Shown here in pieces: positions 24,428-31,190 of a DNA stretch of 32,333 nucleotides. The position numbers and the translations under genes are program-made. The notes beneath the pieces were generated by a model that did no database searches, was not told where the DNA came from, and worked only from the letters and a program-made list of their open reading frames with translations. Positions within the stretch are counted from its first letter, which is position 1. Each line of letters opens with the position of its first letter. Source of the stretch: a virus. The stretch lies in IMG/VR virus record IMGVR_UViG_3300001688_000031; one strand, 5' to 3'.

Positions 24428-25195
24428 TCAATCTTCGTAAGGGCTTTCAAGCGTCCAGCCCCATGTTTCGGTATCCTGCCAGCCGATCGTGAAATGATTG
24501 TGTTTCCCGTCGCCTGTGAAGAAGCAGTATTCCGGCGGAAGAACCCTGCCGACGTTCTCTTCGCCGCTCTTTTCTGCGTGATAGCGTGTCAGCACGTCCG
24601 CCGCCAGCGCTTCAAGCTCCGGAAGAACGGGATAATCCGCCGAATATCCGGAAAACTGATACGGCGCTTCTAAAACCTCCAGCACCGTGTCCGGAAATCG
24701 GGGATCGTCAACGCGGTTCAGTACGCACCATACGCAAGCGGCTTTTTCCGTATCGGAAGCAATGCCGCGCGCTTCGCCGTAAAGCATTTTCGCAAGGGCT
24801 TCAACCTCTGCCGCTGGCGGCGTGTAGGTGGCGGGCTTGTCCTGCTCTTGTGTCACAAGAAGGGCTTGTCCCGCTGCCATTTCCGCCGTCAATCCTGCTG
24901 CCGAATTTGCCTTTTCAATATCGGGTGGATCGTCCGCTGGAAGCTCCGGCGTTGTCCCGCTCCACGGCATAAGCCCCGCAAGCAAGCCCGCTACAATCAG
25001 CACGGCAAGGGTAAAGGCGAACTTCCGGCGCGCCTGTGCGCGTCTGCGGCGTTCCCTCTGTTGCCGCTGTTTTCTCTGATCCTCCGCCGATCGGTAGTAA
25101 TTCCGCGTGTAATCGGTCGCCCGCTCAACACAAGCAAGGCTTCCGCACGTCTGCGGCATTTGCACGATCACGGCGGGCGCTCTTGCCCGCGTCAT
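24428..25195 (-). CDS. Membrane-anchored cell wall hydrolase (SleB/CwlJ-type Hydrolase_2 domain).
   Basis: TM segment FAFTLAVLIVAGLLAGL. LAKMLYGEARG...CVWCVLNRVDDPRFPDTV...APYQF. ATGA coupling to the upstream gene. Confidence 0.7.
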   Translation of the reverse strand: MTRARAPAVIVQMPQTCGSLACVERATDYTRNYYRSAEDQRKQRQQRERRRRAQARRKFAFTLAVLIVAGLLAGLMPWSGTTPELPADDPPDIEKANSAAGLTAEMAAGQALLVTQEQDKPATYTPPAAEVEALAKMLYGEARGIASDTEKAACVWCVLNRVDDPRFPDTVLEVLEAPYQFSGYSADYPVLPELEALAADVLTRYHAEKSGEENVGRVLPPEYCFFTGDGKHNHFTIGWQDTETWGWTLESPYED

Positions 25196-25728
25196 AATTC
25201 AACCCCGCTTGCGTCAAGGGCAAGCCACCAAGCCGGATTGTTCCGGAAGGCGTTATTCGGGCAATTCTCCGCGTCGCAATTCTCCGCGTCACACGAAGAA
25301 CAAAAACGCTTGTGAAATTCATCGTCCCACGGCGCTTCAAGCACCGGAAGCGAACCCAGCAACGCGGCAAGCGTCGCCGCGTCTTTCGTTACGGCTTCAA
25401 ATACCGTCGCGCCGCCGTGATCTGCCTTCGGTTTCGGTGTGCTTTCGCACGCCATGCCAAGCGCCGCACGCTGTTTCAGAACGGCGTAATTGTCGAACCA
25501 CATTCCGTAAAGCTCTTTTTCGCTTGTGCGGATCGCGTGTTCAAGCGCTCGAACCGTTGCTTCGGATAAATCGGGGATTGCGGTTTTGATCCGCTGATAG
25601 TCCGCGTATTCCTCGCAATACCGTTCGTAGATATTCCGATAAACAACGCAATCGTTCTTCGGGCAATCTCTCTTCAACGCTTCGCCGAAATCTGCAAGCG
25701 ACTTGCAAAGAATTAAAGTGTCGGTCAT
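25192..25728 (-). CDS. Hypothetical protein (178 aa).
   Basis: Long ORF with an AAAGGAGC RBS. Contains the tandem CDAEN CDAEN duplication. Confidence 0.65.
   Translation of the reverse strand: MTDTLILCKSLADFGEALKRDCPKNDCVVYRNIYERYCEEYADYQRIKTAIPDLSEATVRALEHAIRTSEKELYGMWFDNYAVLKQRAALGMACESTPKPKADHGGATVFEAVTKDAATLAALLGSLPVLEAPWDDEFHKRFCSSCDAENCDAENCPNNAFRNNPAWWLALDASGVEL
25261..25290. repeat. Perfect tandem duplication, 2 x 15 bp (gcaattctccgcgtc).
   Basis: Read directly. In frame, encoding CDAENCDAENC. Confidence 0.9.
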
Positions 25729-25769
25729 GTTGAAAGCTCCTTTCGTATGCGAACCGCCGTCACGCGGTT

Positions 25770-26024
25770 TTATTCCTCGGTAGCGGCGCGGCGGTTTCCG
25801 CGCTGGGCGATATTGTCTTGAAAAACTGTTTGTGCGCGCTCTGCGCTGTATTTCCTTTGCTTGTTTTCGTTGCGTTCGCCCGTGTAGCCGCGCTTCAATT
25901 CTTCATAAACAGCGGCTACGCTACGCCCCAAATGTGCGGCAATGTCAACCGTGCGCGTTCCCGCGTTGTGCAATCTCTCAATTTCGCGGCGCTGATCGAA
26001 CGTCAAATAACTGTATCCGTTCAT
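25770..26024 (-). CDS. Standalone HTH protein homologous to the N-terminal DNA-binding domain of IS30-family transposases (84 aa).
   Basis: YLTFDQRREIERLHNAGTRTVDIAAHLGRSVAAVYEELKRGYTGE...YSAERAQ aligns with residues ~5-75 of the adjacent transposase (HLTWNDRLKIEKGLKEGLKPLQIAARLHVHNTTIYRELKRGTYTH...YSPDIAQ). GGAAGGAGG RBS. Confidence 0.7.
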   Translation of the reverse strand: MNGYSYLTFDQRREIERLHNAGTRTVDIAAHLGRSVAAVYEELKRGYTGERNENKQRKYSAERAQTVFQDNIAQRGNRRAATEE

Positions 26025-26051
26025 CTTTCAAACCTCCTTCCGCCGTTTTCG

Positions 26052-26095
26052 GATAAAAAAATAAGCAGGAAAAACCGTTTCGGTTTTCTCTGCTT
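26052..26095 (-). terminator. Rho-independent terminator downstream of the transposase gene.
   Basis: Minus-strand stem aagcagagaaaaccg / cggtttttcctgctt (13 Watson-Crick pairs, one G-U, one mismatch) with loop AAA, followed by ATTTTTTTAT. Confidence 0.7.
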
Positions 26096-26169
26096 TTAAT
26101 GATACTCTTAACATTGGAAAAAGTCAAGAGTAAAAGCAGAAAAAATTGAAAAAATTTTATGAACAAATT

Positions 26170-27207
26170 TCAAGCGGCGGCGGCAAGGCATTTTTCAAAG
26201 CGCATTTCGGCGGTTTCAAAGCCTAATATCTCGCGGGGATAGTTATTGATCCACGTTTCGACGCGCTTAATATATGCGGCGGTTACTTTCCGGAAGTCTG
26301 TTCCTTTCGGCAAGAACCGCCGTATCATTTTGTTTATATTCTCGTTTGTCCCTCTTTCGTATGCGCTGTACGGGTGGCAATAATAAACCGTCGTGCGCTT
26401 CTTGTTCCCGTATACCGATTTTTCGATCGCTTCACAATTCAAGAATTCCGATCCGTTGTCAACGGTAATTGATTTGAATATCTTTGCGAACTTCCGTCCG
26501 TATTTCCGTTCCAGCTTGTTCAACGCCGCCACGACGCTTGCGGAAGTGTGATCCGGCATTTTGATAATGATTTCGCGGCGCGTCAACCGCTCCGAAAGAA
26601 CAAGCAATGTTTCCTTCGTTTTCTTCTTTCCTTCGACGCAATCCATTTCCCAATGCCCGAAGGTTTCGCGATCGTTGATTTCCTGCGGGCGGCTCTCTAT
26701 GCTTTCGCCGACGGACGCGCGGGCGGATTTCCTCTTCACGCCGTTATACTTGCGCTTCCGCTTTCCGCCTTGCGGAAGGTTCTTCCGCTCCAGCCGCAAA
26801 AATATTCCTTTGTCGATGTAGTTATAAATCGTCTTTTCGCTGATCTCCGTTTTGAAGGAAAGCCCCAGCGTCTTGATCTCTCCGACAACGGCGGCGGGCG
26901 AATATCCTTCGTCAACAATCTTCCGTTCGATGTACTCCGCCAATTCGCGATCGTCGCCGATCTTCAATTCTCCGCCTTTTGCCTTCAAGTTTGCTTCATA
27001 GCGCTGTTGTGCTATGTCCGGCGAATAGCGTTCTTCGGTCGTCAAGTCGGAATTCAAATGCGTATACGTGCCGCGCTTCAATTCTCTGTAAATCGTGGTA
27101 TTGTGAACGTGAAGGCGCGCCGCGATCTGCAACGGCTTCAAACCTTCCTTCAATCCCTTTTCGATTTTAAGACGATCGTTCCACGTCAAGTGTTTGTGCA
27201 TTGTCAT
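26170..27207 (-). CDS. IS30-family DDE transposase (345 aa from ATG 27207).
   Basis: N-terminal HTH, GHWEMD, DNGSEF and YCHPYSAYERGTNENINKMIRRFLPKG motifs typical of IS30-family enzymes. GGAGGA RBS. I could not find flanking inverted repeats by eye. Confidence 0.85.
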   Translation of the reverse strand: MTMHKHLTWNDRLKIEKGLKEGLKPLQIAARLHVHNTTIYRELKRGTYTHLNSDLTTEERYSPDIAQQRYEANLKAKGGELKIGDDRELAEYIERKIVDEGYSPAAVVGEIKTLGLSFKTEISEKTIYNYIDKGIFLRLERKNLPQGGKRKRKYNGVKRKSARASVGESIESRPQEINDRETFGHWEMDCVEGKKKTKETLLVLSERLTRREIIIKMPDHTSASVVAALNKLERKYGRKFAKIFKSITVDNGSEFLNCEAIEKSVYGNKKRTTVYYCHPYSAYERGTNENINKMIRRFLPKGTDFRKVTAAYIKRVETWINNYPREILGFETAEMRFEKCLAAAA

Positions 27208-27220
27208 TTCCTCCCCGATA

Positions 27221-27252
27221 TAAAAACAAAAGGGCGGCATATCCTGCCGCCC
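27221..27252 (-). terminator. Rho-independent terminator after the RHH-like gene.
   Basis: Stem gggcggca / tgccgccc (27232-27239 / 27245-27252), followed on the minus strand by TTTTGTTTTT. Confidence 0.7.
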
Positions 27253-27259
27253 ACGCCCG

Positions 27260-27442
27260 TTACTGCTTGCGTGCCGCTTCACAAAAGGAAGCAATAAATC
27301 GCTTGATCTCTGTTGTCGGTGTCGTTCCTTTGATTTCGCAAGCCTTCTTGAATTCCTCTAACACTTCCGGTCGAAGATCGAGCGGGAAGCGGGTGTAATT
27401 TTTCCGGATATGCTTTTGCTGTGCCGTGTAGTCCTTGTTCAT
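27260..27442 (-). CDS. Small ribbon-helix-helix-like DNA-binding protein (60 aa).
   Basis: TRFPLDLRPEVLEEFKKACEIKGTTPTTEIKRFI fits a beta-strand plus two helices RHH layout. It has its own promoter and terminator. Confidence 0.5.
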   Translation of the reverse strand: MNKDYTAQQKHIRKNYTRFPLDLRPEVLEEFKKACEIKGTTPTTEIKRFIASFCEAARKQ

Positions 27443-27467
27443 GCCGCCACCTCGTTTCGTTTTCTAT

Positions 27468-27496
27468 ATTATAATATATACGTGCGTATATGTCAA
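27468..27496 (-). promoter_or_regulatory. Perfect consensus sigma-70 promoter TTGACA - 17 nt - TATAAT, with an inverted repeat in the spacer.
   Basis: -35 at 27496-27491, -10 at 27473-27468. The spacer contains atatacg-ca-cgtatat. Confidence 0.65.
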
Positions 27497-27552
27497 TAGA
27501 TTTTCCAAAATTGCCGCAAAACAAAGCGACGACGGGATCATTCCCGCCGCCG

Positions 27553-27798
27553 TTATTCGTCTATGCCTAAAAGCCAATTTACCGAAACGCCCAGCACTTC
27601 CGCGAATGTCTTTAACTCGAAATCAGATACGAAGCGCGTTCCGATCTCAATTCGGCTTATGCTGTCCCGCTCCATGTTTACGCCCTTCAACTGTATTCGG
27701 GCGGCTAAATCCTCTTGTCGCAACCTCTTCACAACGCGGGCTTCCCGTAATCGGTCGCCGCAAATATTCTTTTTCCCGCCATAATCATATATTTTCAT
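27553..27798 (-). CDS. XRE-family HTH transcriptional regulator (Cro/CI-like), 81 aa.
   Basis: GDRLREARVVKRLRQEDLAARIQLKGVNMERDSISRIEIGTR... is a typical HTH_3. Confidence 0.8.
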   Translation of the reverse strand: MKIYDYGGKKNICGDRLREARVVKRLRQEDLAARIQLKGVNMERDSISRIEIGTRFVSDFELKTFAEVLGVSVNWLLGIDE

Positions 27799-27823
27799 GC
27801 TTTACGCCCTCTTAATTCTTATC

Positions 27824-27833
27824 ATTTGCAAAT
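27824..27833. promoter_or_regulatory. 10-bp perfect palindrome ATTTGCAAAT in the divergent intergenic region (operator candidate).
   Basis: Read directly. Lies between the XRE gene start and the plus-strand promoter. Confidence 0.3.
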
Positions 27834-27858
27834 TATGTGTGAATATTCTGCTTTATTC

Positions 27859-27887
27859 TTGATTTTAGCGCATTAAAGGCGTATAAT
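27859..27887 (+). promoter_or_regulatory. Sigma-70 promoter TTGATT - 17 nt - TATAAT for the HIRAN-like gene.
   Basis: -35 at 27859-27864, -10 at 27882-27887. Confidence 0.6.
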
Positions 27888-27951
27888 TGTGTTAAAGGTC
27901 AGAATGGGCGAACTATTCAAATAAAGTTTACAAACGGAAGGGGGATATACC

Positions 27952-28479
27952 TTGAAGAAATCTGTTATCGCGCTATGGATCGCCGCCGCGCTGTTCCTTG
28001 CGTGTTCGTTTACATTCCTGCCGGACGGGATCGGCGAATTTATTTGCGGCGTTGCGATCGCCGTCGTGCTTGCCTTTCTCGGATATAGGCAACACAAAAA
28101 GCCGAAAGAAGCGCCCGCCGCTTCCTCTCCAGCGCCCGCCGACGATAGCCCGTATGAATTCATACGAACAAAGATCGCGGGCGTTACATTCAAAGACGGA
28201 CGGAAAAGCCGTCAAACGATCCTGCGCCGCCTGTATTGGAAAGACGAACCCTTCGACAAAAACGCCGCCGAAGTCACGCTTGAACGCGGCGAATACGAAG
28301 GAAAGCCCGCTTTCGCTGTAATGCTCAACGGCGAAAAAGCCGGATACGTACCCGCCGAACACGCGCAATTCGTCGAAGATAACTTCGATCGTTGCGACGG
28401 CGTAACACATATCGAAGCGTATTGCGGCAAAGATGATATATACGGCGCGGAAATCATCATTCGTTTTCGCAAAATCTGA
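27952..28479 (+). CDS. Membrane-anchored HIRAN-like domain protein (175 aa, TTG start).
   Basis: Two N-terminal hydrophobic segments and a Pro/Ala linker. This is followed by KIAGVTF...VTLERGEYEGKPAFAVMLNGEKAGYVPAEHAQFV..., which resembles the HIRAN pattern. GGGGGA RBS. It is the only credible plus-strand gene. Confidence 0.55.
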   Translation: MKKSVIALWIAAALFLACSFTFLPDGIGEFICGVAIAVVLAFLGYRQHKKPKEAPAASSPAPADDSPYEFIRTKIAGVTFKDGRKSRQTILRRLYWKDEPFDKNAAEVTLERGEYEGKPAFAVMLNGEKAGYVPAEHAQFVEDNFDRCDGVTHIEAYCGKDDIYGAEIIIRFRKI

Positions 28480-28491
28480 ACCAAACAAAAA

Positions 28492-28529
28492 AATCCCCCG
28501 TGAAGGCTCGAAAGCCCGCACGGGGGATT
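28492..28529. terminator. Bidirectional terminator between convergent genes.
   Basis: 11-bp stem aatcccccgtg / cacgggggatt. T-runs on both strands (plus: ATGTTTTGTGT; minus: ATTTTTTTGTTTGG). Confidence 0.8.
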
Positions 28530-28586
28530 ATGTTTTGTGTCAATTAAACCGCTACGCGTGAAGGGGGAAAGACGCGCGGCGGTTCT

Positions 28587-28919
28587 TTATTCGCCTTCGG
28601 TCTGTCCCTCTTCAATAACGCCGAAATATGCAGGAAGATCAAAGACGGCGGCTTCAATAAGTTTGTCCAAGCTGTCCGCGTCAATCTTGAAGCCCTTTTC
28701 GGTCAAAAAGTCGATAACATACGCTTTCTTTTCCGCGCCCCTGCCGCTTCCGGTGTAAATCTGTTCGGCGGCTTCGACGGCAACCGTTACCCACATTTCG
28801 ATCTGCTCGAACTGTGCGGCGGAAGTCTTGCTTCTGATCCAAGGGATCACGACGGCGGAAATAATAGCCGCAATCAGCATGATAACGGCTTCAATAATCA
28901 TGTTAAGATCAATAGTCAT
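28587..28919 (-). CDS. Holin, LL-H family.
   Basis: An N-terminal TM (IIEAVIMLIAAIISAVVIPWI), then WVTVAVEAAEQIYTGSGRGAEKKAYVIDFL, characteristic of this family. Confidence 0.7.
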   Translation of the reverse strand: MTIDLNMIIEAVIMLIAAIISAVVIPWIRSKTSAAQFEQIEMWVTVAVEAAEQIYTGSGRGAEKKAYVIDFLTEKGFKIDADSLDKLIEAAVFDLPAYFGVIEEGQTEGE

Positions 28920-29214
28920 TGTTTGTATCCTCGCTTTCTGTTACTTCGATTTGTTCTTTTTTCTTGATACGTCCGACGATCACTTCGGCAATTCTCTTCG
29001 CCATCATTACGCCGCATTCAATCACGACGGCGCGGAAATACCATTCGATCAATACCGTTTGTTCCGTCCGCGTGACAAGGAACGAAACATATTGCGCGGC
29101 AATGAAGATCAATGTTGTAATTCCGATCGCTACAATGAACCGTGTTGCGAAGCGTTCGTCAACAAGGAAGCCGCGTTTCTTCGCGTGCTTCGGTTTATAT
29201 CTGCGTTTTGCCAT
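28909..29214 (-). CDS. Membrane protein, possible second holin or antiholin (101 aa).
   Basis: Basic N-terminus and TM FIVAIGITTLIFIAAQYVSFLV. Located between the endolysin and the holin. Confidence 0.5.
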   Translation of the reverse strand: MAKRRYKPKHAKKRGFLVDERFATRFIVAIGITTLIFIAAQYVSFLVTRTEQTVLIEWYFRAVVIECGVMMAKRIAEVIVGRIKKKEQIEVTESEDTNNDY

Positions 29215-29277
29215 TTTGTCCCCCTTCCTTTAACGCGCGGGCGCGTTGCGTAACACGTTTCGCGCGTTAGAATTGCG

Positions 29278-30282
29278 TTATACCAGCGTTAGATCGTCGG
29301 TGTTTACTGCCGCGACGACAACGCCGCCGTAAATGATAACGGCACGCTTGCCGCTGATTTCCTTTACGATGTGATCGCGGTTATAGACGAAAGAAGCAAG
29401 GCTTCCGCCGTTGTAGGTTTTAGCGCCGTTCTTGACGCGCACTTTGTCGCCCTCTCCGATCTTCTGTGAAGCCGTCCCGTTTCCGCCGGAAGTCGTAATA
29501 AAAGCGTCGGTATATCCCGCCGCCACCAGCTTCTTTTTCATTGCTTCGGCATTCGCCTTCACGCTGTACGCTCCGACTTGCACTTTGTAAAGCCCGCCGA
29601 CGTTCACAACGTAGGTATCGAAGCCCGCCGCCTTCAATTTCGCTTCAAGGGCTGTCGCGTTCGACTTATTCTTGAACGCGCCTGTCTGCACCTTGTAAAG
29701 CGTCTTTTCGGCTGTCTGTTCCTGCTTCTCTTCCTGCTTCGGCTCTTCAACGACAACGCCCAGCCGCTTGTTTACCTCCGCCGCGATCTCTCCGTGAAGG
29801 TTATACAGATAATCGCCGGGGCAAGACTTGTTCGCGTAGTCCCTGTGAACGGTCATGTTGCACCCGTTCTTGTGGTTCACGCGGTCGCTTTTGTTTGTAG
29901 ACCATACAAGCCGCTTGATCCCGTTTCGCTTGCAAATATCGGTCACAAGGTCAAGAAGCGCGGCGTATGCCTTTTCTTTTACTGCGTATGGGTGGGTGGT
30001 GTCGCTTGCAACCTCGATCGTGATTGCTCTATGATCGTTTGCGGCGTTTGAAGTACACCACGAACGATCCTTTTCTTCGACATACATTCCGATACGCCCG
30101 TCGTAGCCGATACCGTAATTTGAACTTGCCTGTCGCGAAGTCGGCTTGAAGATTTCGCCGATCCGCTCCGCTGAACATTGCCCCACAACGCAATGAATAG
30201 TGATCGTGTCGATCGCGTGATTTCGCGGGCTGTTTTTGTTCGGGGAAATGATCGTGCAATCCACCAAACTGCTGTTACTCAT
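29278..30282 (-). CDS. Endolysin: N-acetylmuramoyl-L-alanine amidase (Amidase_2/PGRP type) + SPOR domain + C-terminal SH3-like domain.
   Basis: IHCVVG...HRAITIEVASD...HRDYANKSCPG. SPOR-like YKVQTGAFKNKSNATALEAKLKAAGF...YKVQVGAYSVKANAEAMKKKLVAAGY. AAGGAGG RBS before ATG 30282. Confidence 0.85.
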   Translation of the reverse strand: MSNSSLVDCTIISPNKNSPRNHAIDTITIHCVVGQCSAERIGEIFKPTSRQASSNYGIGYDGRIGMYVEEKDRSWCTSNAANDHRAITIEVASDTTHPYAVKEKAYAALLDLVTDICKRNGIKRLVWSTNKSDRVNHKNGCNMTVHRDYANKSCPGDYLYNLHGEIAAEVNKRLGVVVEEPKQEEKQEQTAEKTLYKVQTGAFKNKSNATALEAKLKAAGFDTYVVNVGGLYKVQVGAYSVKANAEAMKKKLVAAGYTDAFITTSGGNGTASQKIGEGDKVRVKNGAKTYNGGSLASFVYNRDHIVKEISGKRAVIIYGGVVVAAVNTDDLTLV

Positions 30283-30341
30283 TGTTGATACCTCCTTCGG
30301 ATAAAAAGACAACGGCGGGGAAGTCCCCCGCCGTTGTCCGT

Positions 30342-30644
30342 TTACTCTTTTTGATCCATTCTCTGTTCGATATGGTCAAGTCGCTTGTGCGCCTGTTTTG
30401 CAGACGCTTCAACGGAAACAAGCCTTCCGACGAAATCGGTATTCGTCTTTCGCTGTTCCCGCTGTTCTGCCTTTACGTCGTCAATGCCGCCTTTGATGTA
30501 GCCCAATTCCGTAAGAATTGTTGCGTCGCTCTTTGCTTCTTTGGCTTTGTCGCTGTCCCTGTTGCGGACGAAAGCGACGTACCCGAATACAATAGCGCAT
30601 ACGGTACTAACAACGGAAAGAACGGTCATCATAGTTTCGCCCAT
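30342..30644 (-). CDS. Small membrane / coiled-coil protein (XhlA-like lysis accessory candidate).
   Basis: An N-terminal TM (TVLSVVSTVCAIVFGYVAF) followed by a charged coiled coil. Located in the lysis cassette. Confidence 0.45.
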   Translation of the reverse strand: MGETMMTVLSVVSTVCAIVFGYVAFVRNRDSDKAKEAKSDATILTELGYIKGGIDDVKAEQREQRKTNTDFVGRLVSVEASAKQAHKRLDHIEQRMDQKE

Positions 30645-30647
30645 GTG

Positions 30648-31190
30648 TTATTCCTCCCCGCTGTTTACTTTCTCCCATTGCCACATACCCGCCGTGTCGG
30701 GCGGATATACGCAATTAGGCATATCAGCCGTTGCAAGGTAAACTTCGCCTTTGTAGCTGTAATATTTACCCGCTTCAACGTTGACGACAATTCCCGCCGT
30801 TTCCGGATACGGGATCGGATCGTCGATCGTGCCGCTTGCGCTGATCTCGATATGGCGATAATATGCGAAGGTCGTTTCGACGGGATACGCGGCAACGTTT
30901 GAAGTGTGCGGCGCGATAACTTCGTAATAATAATCGCCGTATTTGAAGATTTCGCCGATCGTGTTGTATGCGTGCTTGTCCTTGAATTCGTCGTATGCGA
31001 TAAGCTCCGCCGATTGAAGGATCATTTCGTCAGTAATGACATTCGTATTCGCCGCGCGATCCTGCACGATCTGCGCTTTGAAGGAAAGGGAAAGCAAGGC
31101 GGCGTTGTTTGCTTCCGCCACCTTTACTGCTTCAACCTCTTTTTGGAGCGCGGCGTTACCGCCGCCGTTTTTGTTATGCGTTACACTCAT
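30648..31190 (-). CDS. Hypothetical phage protein (180 aa), possibly with a carbohydrate-binding C-terminus.
   Basis: The ORF is in operon with overlapping stop/start. The C-terminal aromatic pattern YSYKGEVYLA...PPDTAGMWQWEKV is reminiscent of CBM5/12. The functional call is weak. Confidence 0.5.
   Translation of the reverse strand: MSVTHNKNGGGNAALQKEVEAVKVAEANNAALLSLSFKAQIVQDRAANTNVITDEMILQSAELIAYDEFKDKHAYNTIGEIFKYGDYYYEVIAPHTSNVAAYPVETTFAYYRHIEISASGTIDDPIPYPETAGIVVNVEAGKYYSYKGEVYLATADMPNCVYPPDTAGMWQWEKVNSGEE

Noticed and set aside
26090-27260. Delimiting a complete IS element (IRs plus target duplication) around the IS30-family transposase.
   Set aside because: Comparing the 26.09-26.17 kb region with the reverse complement of 27.2-27.26 kb gave only short T-rich matches, which belong to the two terminator tails. 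I therefore annotate only the CDS and leave the element boundaries open.
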